Of a stretch of DNA of 64,000 nucleotides, positions 11,058-23,968 are shown one piece after another. The stretch lies in contig JALDZX010000053.1 in the NCBI GenBank assembly GCA_022813865.1, positions 62,001-126,000 on the forward strand, written 5' to 3'. Numbering within the stretch: the stretch's first letter is position 1; each line of letters starts with the position of its first letter. The notes under the pieces were generated by a model. The model had not been told where the DNA came from, searched no databases, and worked only from the letters and a program-made list of their open reading frames with translations. Position numbers and translations under genes: made by a program. This stretch comes from Xylographa opegraphella (lineage: Eukaryota).

Positions 11058-12822
11058 TTAATGTTGACTCCACTCAATGCTATCCAGCGCTATACCTTCC
11101 TGTACCAACTCCCACAACGGGCTCAGCTCCCGCAGGAAGCTCACTCGCTCCGTCACCGCCTTCAACACATAGTCTATCTCGCTCTCGGTCGTGAATCGTC
11201 CTATTCCAAACCTGATGCTGCTATGGGCGCTTTCGTCGCTGTTGCCGAGAGCTCGAAGGACATAACTCGGCTCAAGCGATGCGGATGTACAAGCGCTACC
11301 GGAGGATAAGGCGATATCTTTCAGTGCCATCAAGAGGGATTCGCCCTCCACGTACGCAAAAGAAACGTTCACGCAGCCAGGGTAAAAGCGTTCAGGATCC
11401 CCGTTTTGAGTTGTGTGCTCGAGGGAGAGCAAGCCCTTGATGAGACGGTTTGAGAGCGCAGTGATCCTCCTCGTATCATACTGTCGTACTGTGTCAGCAT
11501 CATCGACGAATAGATCATGGTTCACAAGTTCGACCTCCCAGAACACCAAAACCTCTGCGCTGAGTCATCAGTGCAATCATGCAGATGCAAGTACAGGGTT
11601 GCGTGTGACAACTGCAATAAGACCAAGCAAATAACCATAGAGACTAAACAAAGCCTTGATTTGCGATTTAAACAAGGTTGTAAAAACTTACGGCCATTTC
11701 TTCCCTAGCGATCCGACATGCCTCGCCAAAGCCGGCAACCAGGGCTGGTGCCAGAGTTCCACTTCTAAGTCCACGCTCTTGGCCACCGCCACTGATGATG
11801 GGGTCAATTCTCACTCTCGGACGTCGTCGTACGTAGCAAGCACCAATACCTTTGGGACCGTAGATCTTGTGAGCCGAGATTGACATCAAATCGACATTCC
11901 AGTCATTGACATTAATGGGCATTTTCCCAACTGCTTGAGCTCCATCGGTGTGAAAGAAGACCTTCCTGAACCTGCACAGCTTGCCAATCTCCTCCATTGG
12001 CTGAATCACGCCAATCTCGTTGTTGACCGTCATAATGCTGACGAGGGCGGTGTCGGGGCGAATGGCCGCCTCAAGTGCTTTCATGTCAATCAGTCCATTG
12101 GATTGGACCGGTAGATACGTAACTTCGAAACCCTCCTCTTGCATATGTCTGCAGCTATCAAGAACACACTTATGTTCTGTCTGAGAGGTGATGATGTGCC
12201 TTTTCTTTCCCGATCGTCCGAAGAATCTCGCCACGCCTTTTATACTCATGTTATTGCTTTCCGTAGCACCACTTGTAAAGATGATCTCTTTAGGATCCGC
12301 ACCAATCAAGTTTGCAACGTGTTCGCGGGCTATCTCTGTTGCCTTTTCTGTCTCCCAGCCATAGGCATGCGTTCTCGAGTGCGGGTTGCCGTAAAGACCG
12401 GTGAAGTATGGGAGCATGGCATCAAGAACCCGCGGATCGGTTGGAGTGGTTGCTTGCATATCGAGGTATATTGGACGCGTTCCTTCATCCATTATAGTGG
12501 CTTGCTTGAGTATACCCGCCGCTGGACTGAGCATTATATCGGCAGACATCTCAGTACCAGGGATCTGAACATTTCTAGGTAGAGACCCTGTTTGCGCAGC
12601 GAACTCTTTGTGCCCAGAATTAATCGCTGTTTCTATGTTGACCTGAGCCGTCTGTGCTTTTGTTTCGGACACGTAGGACCGCCGTGGAGATACTCGACGT
12701 CCTGGGTATCCTCCTGTTGGTCTGGGAAATTCTAGACTTCGAAGAAGCCCAGGAGAGGAGGAAAGTCGTAGGGAGCACAATCTCGAGGTCTGCCGTAAAG
12801 TCAGAGGAATTAAGACAGACAT
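11058..12822 (-). CDS. NFS1: Mitochondrial cysteine desulfurase Nfs1/IscS, 2 exons (intron 11481-11691)
   Basis: [59 protein letters not shown]; exon 2 has the catalytic SSGSACTS and C-terminal IEWSQH. The N-terminus is Arg/Ser-rich like a presequence. Confidence 0.97.
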
Positions 12823-13296
12823 CTTGTGGATTTTGTGTCGGACAATTGCAAATGAGTTGTTAAAGAACAGAAGTTGTCGCCCCTCGGAGTTTAGCAATCA
12901 ACAGGACGGCACTAGTATGGACTGACCAATCGTAACTACGCGTTGTATTGAGTCCCGCTTTCGCACTTGCCGTCATTGTCGGCCTAGACATTTGCTTTGC
13001 TTGTCGTAAGAGCGCATGTTCAATCAATAACTCAGTCGGGGCAAACACAGTGAGTCGAGTACCATTTTTCGATGACTGTTGGTAATACTCTGTCGGGAAA
13101 CAAAGGGCAGATACTGGGCGTTTAGCTACATTCGAAAGGAGATCCAGCTTTTCAAGAAACCACCCGTGGCCGTCTAAGCCCCGGTCATATTCGTCACCCT
13201 CGAGAAGGCTTCTGTCTTGCACATCAGACTTCTTTAAGGCAGTGTGTATCCCTGCGACGGCCTCTTGGATCTTTTGACAGCCCATATCTTCCGACT

Positions 13297-14880
13297 ATGA
13301 GCTTGAAAGGCCTGCAAAAGGCCGCGATACGGGTACTGGTGGTCGGGTCTTACCTATGTGTGCTACATCTGACGTGATATTCTCATATAGGCCCCGCAAT
13401 TATTCAAGGCAAAATATAACCTCGTAGGCACCTCTAAGTCCGCCAGACGGACTGATAGGTATAAGAATGAAGACTGATTACAGCATAGGGAGAGAATACC
13501 AAGGACGCTGTGTATATCGACTCGGAGAGACGTTTTCAGGAGCTTGAAACGGTATATACATTCCCCTACAACTGTATTGGATTATCTGATACGATGCGCT
13601 GAATCCCGGAATAGGAGACGAAGAAGTTACACGATGAGTCAAAGAAATACTTTGACGCCATCAATGGTATGTTATCTATCTATGGCTATACTGTACTATA
13701 ACGGCTTTTCTAAAATTGCCAGGTATGTTGAACCATCAGATCGAGTTTTCAAAGGCCATACAAGAAATTTACAAGCCGATATCGGGCCGCGTCTCGGATC
13801 CAGACTCCGCTATACCTGAAGGCAATCCGGAGGGTATACGAGCGTGCGAAGAATATGAAACCATTGTTCGGGAGCTGCAAGCTACTCTTGCTCCAGAACT
13901 CGAAATGATTGAGCAGCGAGTGATCGCGCCTGCTGACGAGCTACTCACTGTCATTAAAGCTGTCCGGAAAATGACAGTGAAACGCCAACATAAACAACTG
14001 GACTTTGACCGACGCCGCACAACGTTCAAAAAGCTGCAGGACAAGAAAGAGAAATCTCTCAAAGACGAAAAAGCGATGTACAAGGCTGAAAGTGAAGTTG
14101 AAGTAGCAACGCAAGAATTCGACTATTTCAATGACCTTCTCAAAGACGAGCTGCCAAAACTGTTTCACCTGGAACGGGAGTTTATCCAACCATTGTTCCA
14201 ATCGTTTTACTACATGCAGCTAAATGTTTTCTATACACTTCACGAGAGGATGCAAAGCATAGATATTGGCTACTTTGACCTAACTCAAGACGTCGAAGGC
14301 GCTTTCGGAAAGCAACGCGGTGACGTTCAGGAGCAGGTGGAACAGTTGACGATCGTGCATTTCAAGGCCTCCGGCGGCAGGAAACCAGCTCGCTTCGGCG
14401 GTGATGGGAAACTGGCAATCGAAGGGAAATCTCCGTCGGCCGTGTCGAGGCGACGGTCGAACGAGAGTCTGGGTAGTCCCCCTCCTCCTTACAGTTCTTC
14501 GATCTCTTCGGTCTTAAACGGGTCTTCATCATCCTCGATGGCTCGAGCCAACAGTACTGGAAGCTCTTGGGGTGCAGCGGCCAAGGCGAAAGGTGCTGCG
14601 CCGCCACCACCCAAACCAAAACCTTCGAGGCTTGCAGGGGCTCACACTGGCCCTACAGCAACAGCTCTGTACGATTATGAAGCACAAGCTGAAGGTGATC
14701 TGAGCTTCAACGCAGGAGATGTAATAGAAATAACGCAGAAAGGTGCGACAGAAAACGAATGGTGGAGCGGAAAGTTAAGAGGTCGGGAAGGTCAATTCCC
14801 AGGTAAGACACTACACTCTATTTGCTGGAGGGCTGTCAAGGGGCTGACTACTCCGAGGTAATTACGTACAAGCGAATTGA
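13297..14880 (+). CDS. RVS167: N-BAR + SH3 amphiphysin-like protein (Rvs167/Hob1), 6 exons
   Basis: MSLKGLQKAAIR|APQLFKAKYNL|GENTKDAVYIDSERRFQELET|ETKKLHDESKKYFDAIN|GMLNHQIEFSKA (BAR); ALYDYEAQAEGDLSF...WWSG...GQFPG|NYV (SH3). Confidence 0.92.
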
Positions 14881-15813
14881 GTGATGGGCCCGATGCGATA
14901 CTGCCGGCAAGGATGGGAAGAATTATATGCCTTTAATAGCAGGACGAGCTTGATTTGTTAATCCTTGCTTTCGCTAGCACTTGATTTGCACAGACTACAC
15001 AGCATTATGTTTAGACCATTGTCAATTTGTCTTGGACCGCCATCGCTTTCGAGATGACAAAAACAAGACCTATGCGGACACAATTGCTCGTGGAGTGTCT
15101 GATCAATCTTGAAAGTTCCTCACGCAACCTCTTCCGGCGTTTCACTCACACATACTGATTTTCAGGAGCCTTTTGTAGTTCGGCATCACACAAATGAGAC
15201 ATTCTTAAGCATCCGTCAACGTTTATCGGACGTGGTGCAGACGATATCCCCATGTATTTTCCCGGCAGTAGCTGTTACGAGAAGCAATTGATGTGTTGTC
15301 CATAAATTGCATGACCATGAGGGTAATGCTTCCATGTACATGCCGAAGGAATTCAATTGTGTCCCTCTGGCCCTATAATTGCAGCATAGCTGCTCTAAGG
15401 ATGAGGGGGTGCAAATCGAACATCGGGCGCTAGTGAAGTAGTATAATCCGCTCCGACATGAACAATATTCCCTCTTTGGGTTTAGCTTCACTGGGGCCTT
15501 GGCTTTCCACAACGCTGCATATTGAGCGCGAGGTCCCCTCACGCTGAATCACCTGGTAAGCTGGGGTAGTAATGTTTCCTAACCCTTGCGCGAGGTCAGA
15601 AAATCTGTTTCCTCCAACCCTCGATCAAGCGTGGTTCTGGATTTTTAGCGACGAACAGTCTTAAATACAAGCTACCGTGTGACCTCGCAAGATCAGATCT
15701 TTATCAGTCTTCTAGAATAACCCTACTAGGTAAAGGACCCTCGCTTACCCTCCCATATATATATCCCGTGCTCTTCCTCGTCTCCTACTGCTGTATATTT
15801 GGTCACCCTCAAC

Positions 15814-16907
15814 ATGCCAGTAAGTCAACCGCCACCTCTTTCCGTCCTTGTTTGATTTCCATATCAGCTTATCCTCTTATCCGGCTATCCATCCTCCGGC
15901 AAGACTCACCGCGCCCAACAACTCCTCTCCGACTTCGTCACTCGCATCGCTTCCTCGTCTAATTTGAGGCATGCGCGTTTCACAGTCACCCATATCAACG
16001 ATCAATCGCTTGGCCTCTCGCGCGATTTGTACCGTGACGCTAAGGCGGAGAAAGATGCGCGTGCCACCGTATACTCAGCTGTGAAGCGGGCTCTGGGCAG
16101 AGAATGCATTGTGCTATGTGATGGGCTGAACTACATCAAGGGCTTTCGATATCAGATGTATTGCGAGGCGAAGGCAGTTGGGACCGGAAGCTGCGTGGTA
16201 CGTTCGTCCTTTTGCGGGAGTATGGATGGTGTGTGGTGATGGATGCTGGCTGAGAATAGTGGAGGAGCTTTCAGCAGACATGGCTGATGTGCCTAGAGGT
16301 CCACGTAGGCACACCCATCTCCAGATGTAGAGAAATCAACGCGCGCCTTCTTGCCGACTCTACTGTGACTGGTGGTTACGCCGAAGACGTTTTCGAGAAT
16401 CTTGTTTTCCGCTACGAGGAGCCGAATGGCATGGCACGGTGGGACAGCCCGCTGTTTACAGTGCCTTACGAGGACGATAACCCGCCCTCTGAGGCGATCT
16501 GGGAGGCTATGGTTGGTAGCGATAGCAAGGGAAAAGTCGTAAAGCCAAACCTGGCTACGGTTCTGGTGTGGCACTTGTCATGGTCTTTAAAGTTATTACA
16601 TACTCATCAACTAACACATCTACAACCACAGACTCCAGCAACAGAATCCGACTATCTCTACGAGCTCGACCGGACGACGCAAGACATCTTACAAACTATT
16701 GTCATTTGGCAAAATGATCACCCTGGCGAAGGCGGTGGCGAAATCAATCTTGCAGAAGGCACCTTGGAATTGCCAGTCCGTCCGCTCTCCCTACCACAGC
16801 TACAACGTCTGAGGCGGCAGTACATCGGCCTGAACCGGCAACGGACGCTTGCAAGAAATCGGATCAGGGAGAATTTTGTGGCGTATTTTAATAACAGCTT
16901 TCAGTAA
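15814..16907 (+). CDS. KTI12: Elongator-associated protein Kti12, 4 exons
   Basis: A 6-nt first coding exon (ATG CCA), then LILLSGYPSSGKT P-loop, DGLNYIKGFRYQMYCEAK, RYEEPNGMARWDSPLF and LPQLQRLRRQYI. Confidence 0.93.
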
Positions 16908-18084
16908 AGCTTCCTCGGTCAGTAAGTGCTATCTAAACGGAGTTTGAAATACTAAGAATCGCTTGCCTGTGGTACACTGAATCGCCACTCAAAACAGTGG
17001 AAAATCTTCGGGCGATGGTATGGCCCATGATCACGTACTGACAGAGCAACGTTGACTATTGTTGAGAACATAATCTGGTCATGCGCAATGAGTACAAGAA
17101 TCCTAGATTGTATAGAAGCATTACATACAATGTCCCCACCATGCAAGGACTTATATATCTCATTACGCTGAGTTCGTCATGAATGATCGAACAAGACTTA
17201 TATATCGTAACCTGCTGACACTATCATCCATTGAACCACGGGGTGAGGTGGCATGACTGACATCCTGGGAACCAATTTAACATGTACGACTTATGTTACT
17301 AGCGGCCTTTTAAGCTGGATACTCTTCGTCGTCGTTAGTTACTTGCTTAGACGTAGTACGGTAGATCACCCTAGCTGGCGTCTGTTACATGAGCGACTGA
17401 GGATCGGCTTAAGTGTGGTTTTGATCGTCTGGCATCAGAGCATCAGAGCATCCAAGGCATTAGTGCCATACGGATCCGACTTTGGGGTTCGAGGGGCTTC
17501 AAACTTTCCAGATTGTGGAAAGTAGTGCAACAAAAGGGGCTATTGCAGCATGTCTCCAGTTCAAATATCTCAGCAGGATTCTCAAAGGCCTCAGTGGTGG
17601 CAATTATCAGTGTTTTCTTTCACTCTCGATGAAATGCAGACAGAGGAGGAACAAGTGGCTGTATAACTGCGTGCGAATCCAAAAGTTCTTTCGGAACAAG
17701 AATCAAGAACGTGTTCGATAAGCAGAAAAGAAAGTTGTACAGGGACGCCCTATCCGACGGATATAAAGTTTGATTCGTGACGCCTTCATAAAAATCTCTG
17801 GTGAGAAGGAGTGCCGCGAGTCCAATCAACTGGGCAACGGGATCCTCATAACATAAAATTCATAACAGCCTCCCTATAGCGTGGCAAGTACTCCCATTTC
17901 CCCAGAAACCCCGAGAATTCAAGGTTCAGCCAGCGGCAAGGAACGGAATAGCAACCCTACGGATCACTAAGTGGTAAGGAAACCTATTTCAGGATGGTCA
18001 TCATGGCGCAGACTGCCACTGCGACTTCATCTGTGGAAAAGCCTTTACTGAAGGACTCTGCGTTTTCGATCCGTTCCGCACAAA

Positions 18085-20041
18085 CTAGAAACCTTGGCCC
18101 ATATCTAGAGGTAGGCAGGGATCCAACTCGATGTAATGGGTAGTCATTCGTTGATGTTCAAATAATTCCTGGCAATCCAGGCCATCCAGTGGTTCTGTAA
18201 CAGCAATATGCTGTTGTTCGCATTGCTTTTGTGTTTCCGGATTTGTTCTGCCTCTGGAAATTGGAGACGACTCCAGATTCCCTTTCGACGCCAGCTTACA
18301 AGCTGCTCTCGAAGGCTTTGGCCGTTTGGTGGAAACAGTCTCGGAGGCATTTGTCAATTTCTTCTTTCGCGAAGCAATGATTACCTTGGCCGGAGGGGGC
18401 GAGCTCCCGGAAGAAGTTGATGGTGAGGCATATCCAGCGGAAGATGGTCCACTATCATTGTGTACCCGTTTCATGTGGTCCAGTAGATTCCATCGGCGAG
18501 GAAAGCCATTCCCCTCGATTGACCGGTCACAGTCCACATATCGACATAGATATGGTTTATCCCCGTGGCCGTGCATCCCATGAGCCTCACGCTCATGGCG
18601 AAGTAAGCAGGCGGTCGATGAAAATGCCACATTGACACAAGCATGGACCTTACACCTGTAAGGCTTCAGATGTGAATCCAGATGTTTGCTAAATCGGACG
18701 ATGTTAGCGTAAGCCCCAGAGGTCATTTTTGGTAGGCTCTCACTCGTAATTGCATTTCAGTTTATCCGGTTTGTGGCTGCAACTCGTTGTGAATGGGCAG
18801 TGATAGAGACCATCCTTCTTGGGTCCAAGCTTGTAGAGCTGATCGCGCCGGGCGTTACATTTCGATTCCTCACCACTGCAGTTTCTGCTGACATTCGCAT
18901 CACTTGGAGGGTTGGCCGTGTTCGAATAGTAGTAACCACGGTCCTCCTCGGGATGAAACACAGCACTGGGAAGACTTTGACGCTCACAGGTCCGGAGTGG
19001 CCTTATTGTACTGTGAAGTGTGGTCAAAATCCGGGTCTGGAGATACATGAGAGAAGCTAACCTTCGAGTATCAAAAGAATTCTCAAACGTGTCCACCGAA
19101 TATGGAAAGCATGCTTGGATATCCATTTCCAGTGGAGATGGACTGTAGCCATGCTGGTGGGAAACGAGGCTCAGATCCTCCTGAGTTCCAAAGGAAGGCG
19201 GATATCCCTCGTACTGCATTGAATAGCTACCTTGTGAACAGGAAGACGAGATGGAAAGGTCCATTGTTACGGCCGATGGAGACCAAGCTTCACTAGGATC
19301 CATAACCAGGCCATCGGAGAAAGCCTCTTCTGTGAACGGCTGTTCATCTTGCCAAATGGCTGGAAATGAGGTGTTCTCGCTGCATTCCGAAGAAATACGT
19401 TGATAGTCATCGCCACATGGTTCCTGTGTCGAAGCTGTAGGGAACAGCGAGCCGTGGCATGCCATATTACCGGGAATCCAGGTTTCACAACTGGGAAACT
19501 CCGCCATGGAAATTTTGGTATCGACGAAATCAGCACTCGGAAACCTTACTCCTGTCTCAAAAGCAGCCAGACTCGTCGGGTCAGCGTCATAAAGCCCTTC
19601 TGAGAGGTTCTGACAGATAGATGACGCCTGCATAGAGGATGGGTCCGGAGGAAGGACTGGAAAAGTGGAAGCATTTGAATCACTAGGATAATTCAGATAA
19701 TGACCAGTTCCGGAGGAATTTGGACACGCATCATTGCCATGACTGGCGTCAGGATACCCAGTATACAGGCCGTCCATGACTCGTGCTAGACCATTGGCGC
19801 TACTTACAGCCCATTGGTGAACATTTTCAGGATCATTGAATAGAGTGCCATAATCATTTTCGGGAGGAGGCGTATACAGCATTTTTATGTTTCGTTGCGA
19901 CACTGAAGTGGCGTTGCACGTGGATGGTTGAAGCTTCCTATTGGCCAAAGAAGTCTGGCTATTGTGTCTCGGAGGTAGTCCTCCCCCACAGGTCCTTTTG
20001 TTCACCATAGTAGGTTTGGTCCTACGAAAAGTAGCGGCCAT
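18085..20041 (-). CDS. C2H2 zinc-finger transcription factor (fungal multi-finger class, possibly ZfpA/COS1-like); start uncertain
   Basis: YHCPFTTSCSHKPDKLKCNYE|KHLDSHLKPYRCKVHAC...CLLRHEREAHGMHGHGDKPYLCRYVDC...LLDHMKRVH, with an acidic Ser/Pro-rich N-terminus and about 2.9 kb of upstream non-coding DNA. Confidence 0.85.
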
Positions 20042-21550
20042 ATTGAAAGAAAATCCTTGGCACGAGAATAGTATCTCCAAATGGAAGCTAGAGCAAATTT
20101 GTTAGTGAATGGAGTTGTATGTCACGAGTAACCAATATCAGAAATTGTAACAGTAAAAAACAAGAATAAAATTCACTATAACTATAATAATGGTTAGCTG
20201 ATTGGGAGACATAAAGTAGGGTCATGCGAACCATCAAAGAAAGATATCCAGAGAATTCGAAATAATTCGTCCATGCCGGTTCTAATAGGAGAAGCCAATG
20301 AGCCTTGAGTCCAATGCGGCAACATGATGATGGATCACAGAAACCCTGAGTAAACGCCCGGCCCGAGGATTCCAAGCAACAGTATTGATGAGCCGTGGTC
20401 CAATTATTCTTTTTGGTCGGTGTGATATTAGCCCAGGTTTTCTTATTGCAATTGGAAGTCCCCAGATCACGACCCACTCGCCCGCAAGTTGTGGCAGGAG
20501 CGGGTACTCTTCCGGGTTTGTAAATCAAGGTACTCCAGATCGGCAAGAGTTATAGATCGATTCCAAACTACAAATTAGTAGACGACTGAAAACATATCAC
20601 TGGTAGCGACCAGGATCGGACCCAGGGATCCATGGGCGCACATATACTCGGGCGCAAGTACATTGCTCATTCCCGCCGACAGCCAAAATGGCAAATCTAA
20701 TCTGGCACATGTCATGTCCGGTTGGAGCCCATGTCAAACACCTCAGTCTGTCATGTGGATGACACGTTATCGGTCGGGACTGTGGGTACCAGTCTGACCT
20801 TCATCATCATAGAAGTGGACACGGATAGGCCTTGGGCTGGCGCCCGCCCTTTGAGGAGATCCGGACGCTTTGACGTAGGTGGGACCCCGGGGCACACACT
20901 GATCCGACAGGTGGTGGCCGATGCTATGACACACCCAAGGTTGTTCGAACATCAGGCAATGCTTGGAGCATTCACTCACCCTAGTCCAGTGGAAGACACA
21001 CGGAATGGTCCACGAGCAAAAACCCCGACAATAAAAGAAGGGCCATATACAACAAGCACAGAATAACATCAAAGCAACAACGCGGAGAAAAGTTAAAGGG
21101 TAATACCTCAAGATTCTATATCCAAGAGGGAGGCCCGGCGCTCTGTTGTCCCTGCTGGATTGCAGAGACCGTCCAGTTCCTTGAAAACGGTCCGTGGAAT
21201 ACAAGAAGCAAGGAAGGGGAAACAGCTCCTCAAAAATCCAGGGGCAGAGTATGTATCCAGGAAACAAGTCATCCGGCAACGCAGGTTTCCAAAATGTTCA
21301 GAGCAAGACAACGAGATCCAGGATTGCAGTGCAATGCAATACTCAAGGGACGGATGAGCTTGCGAGACAAGGATGGCAGAGCAGTAGTGGGAAAGACGAG
21401 ACAAATACTTTAGGAATTCGTGGGATCGGAGGGGAAGGGCGAGCTTAAGAAGTTGAAAGGCTGTGGAGGGAAGAGCGGGGGCAGGACGAAGCACAACGAT
21501 GTTGCTTGTGACCTTTGGAGCAGCATTGGTGGGCGGGGGAGACTAGAGGC

Positions 21551-21598
21551 AAGTGGGAAAGTGGGAAAGTGGGAAGTGGGAAAGTGGGAAGTGGGAAG
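21551..21598 (+). repeat. (A2-3GTGGG)x6 tandem repeat, G-quadruplex motif
   Basis: aagtgggaaagtgggaaagtgggaagtgggaaagtgggaagtgggaag: six GGG tracts with 4-5 nt loops. Confidence 0.8.
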
Positions 21599-23010
21599 CG
21601 AGTGGATGCGCTGGATCGGCGCGTGCATGATGCAGCAGCAAGCACACTTTCACACTTCTCAACTTCATGGCCGCCAATCCTATCACCTTGCGGTCGCACG
21701 ACCGGACCAGAGACTCGGCCCAGATCCACTGACGTGTCATGTCCGGCCCGCCAGTAGCGTCGGAACCCATAGGCTCCCACCCTCAACACACCGCAGTGGG
21801 AAGGAGTGGGCAAGTGACAAACTGCACCGCTCGCCACTATACTCCCGTTGTCCATGCACCGGCGCTGCTTCTACAGTTCTCGTCCTGTCCGTACAGGGAC
21901 TTGGACGGATGGTCCACCACGACGACTTGGGGTCCACGACACGGCTTGGCGTCCAAGCACGAAGCCGCGATTAAATGCACATGGATTGCCCACATGCCAT
22001 ACATACGTAGTACATACCTAGTGCGACTTCCACGAAATCTTCATTTCTTAACGTGTTCGGGCTGTAGACTGTCCGTCGGCAGCTTCTACAAGAATAAGCC
22101 TTGCATGTGTATGGCAGCTGTCACCACCCATCCCGTTCTCGTCGTGCATCACTGCACATCCAGTACCCACAGTAACATTTTCTTCCTGGCTGTGCCAACT
22201 CTGTCGGGGAGGAATGTCAGCCACCATTTGCCAACTATTCGAATCTCATTTCACGTGTGAAAGGTATAGATCTTCTCAGATAGGAGCGAAAGATGTGCTT
22301 TTTTACTTCGTTCATGCGGTCACAACCCTCAGCTGAACTATGCATTTTATGATGATCATCAGGAAGACAAAACTGACGCGTAAGGAGAATACGAAGGCTC
22401 GGACTCACTTGACTGCTCCAGCCACGTAAATCTCGGTGCCAATGTGTGGTAACACGTACAACACGGGATGCAGACGATTCTTAAGATACCTGGAGAATAA
22501 TGTCTCGAGATCCTGACACAATCATTGATAAGTGATCGACGGTAGAAGACTAGAGCTCGGCGGAAGTTCCTGAAGATCAGGGCCGATCCACCAAGATCAG
22601 ATGTTCATTTCGAATTCCGAAAGGCGATCCGATCCTTTTCCTCGGGACCAAGAGGAGACCAGGTTCCCCAGAAGCATCAAGACCTCACAAGAAGTTCAAT
22701 GAAGTCGCTGCAGGAATTATTGGAGCGAGAAGAAGAACGCGCTTCCATGGAGAACTTTTCAAGCCTACCTAAGCCTTAAGGTACCCCGCTGATCTACCGA
22801 CGGATTAGGATAGGATAATTAAGCGATTGACCAGTCCGCCAAGCGCCAAGCGCCAGGACCAAGGCGCATCGGTATCACATGTGTACGCAACGCGTCTACC
22901 TCCGGCCAACCTGTTTCCAGAACACGCGGTTGGAGAAACTGGGTCATCAAATTGTACTTGAATTATAACCATATATGTCGCGGGCACCAGTGAGTTGATC
23001 ATTATTGCCC

Positions 23011-23968
23011 ATGGCCCTTGGTACATCTACCAGGATCTCATCCTCGGACGCCGATGCGATCAACCTTGACCGAGCTCTCTCCCGCCTTGAGCACAAGGTC
23101 CTCTCTGTGAATGCAGACCGGCGCCTCCTATGGTCTCACTATGAGCGTTCTAAGACTGCAGCTGTACGTCTGGTGTTCGTAGCCGTCGCGCCACGTTCGT
23201 GAATCGACCCACTAATGTATCTTTGAGCAGAACATTGAATATGCCCGCGACCTTCTCCTCCGCCTCGAACACTCCCACCCCAGCATCAAAATCCAGTCCC
23301 GCAAACGAGCCACCCAGAACGAGCGAGTCCATCAACGTGCGCTCATTAAGCGTCTCAACGATCGTCTCTATAAGCTCGGACAAGAAGATGACGGCATTAT
23401 TTCCTCGGATTCGGCTGACCACGAGGACCTCCTGGGTGAAGAAGCCCTTCCACCTGTATCTTACCCTTTGCCTTGCTCCGCTCCCCTTACACTGACACAG
23501 GATCACCAGAATGAGCCCTCGGTTTCTCATGGTCCAATCACGTCCACTCTTGGATCGCGTCTGCTGACTTCCTCGCCACCTGCGTCGGAAGCAACCGTCC
23601 ACCCCTTATTTTCGAATCCCACAACTTCGGAAGCACCAATGCCTTCGGCTTCTACCATCCTCGAATTCGATTCTAGCACACAAGCGCAGCTGACCAGCTC
23701 ACTGGTGCGGTTGGCCGCTGCCTTGAAACAATCCTCGTTTACGCTGTCAGCCAGTCTAGCCGAGGACAATATTACACTTTCTACGACTGCATCAGCCCTG
23801 GACAAGAATACGGACGGCATGTCAGCAGCATCGAAACGAATGGGAATGCTGAGGAGTATGAGTGAGGGTAGATGGTGGTGGGGACGAATGCTCTTGTACG
23901 GGATGATTGGCGTATTGTGGCTCGTAGCGTTGACGATTGTGTTTCTGATGCCGAAGCTGAGGTGGTAA
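23011..23968 (+). CDS. USE1: ER t-SNARE Use1-like tail-anchored protein, 3 exons
   Basis: INLDRALSRLE...ERSKTAA|NIEYARDLLLRLE; SNARE-like helix QAQLTSSLVRLAAALKQSS...LDKN; C-terminal TM segment ending LMPKLRW. Confidence 0.75.

Noticed and set aside
11515..11550. tRNA-like 3' end (GTTCGAC...CACCA) on the plus strand in the NFS1 intron
   Set aside because: The T-stem does not pair, and no acceptor, D or anticodon arms can be built.
20088..22800. Several 100-180 aa ORFs upstream of the C2H2 factor
   Set aside because: They overlap on both strands, have no recognisable motifs and are partly derived from simple repeats; this is more likely regulatory or UTR sequence.
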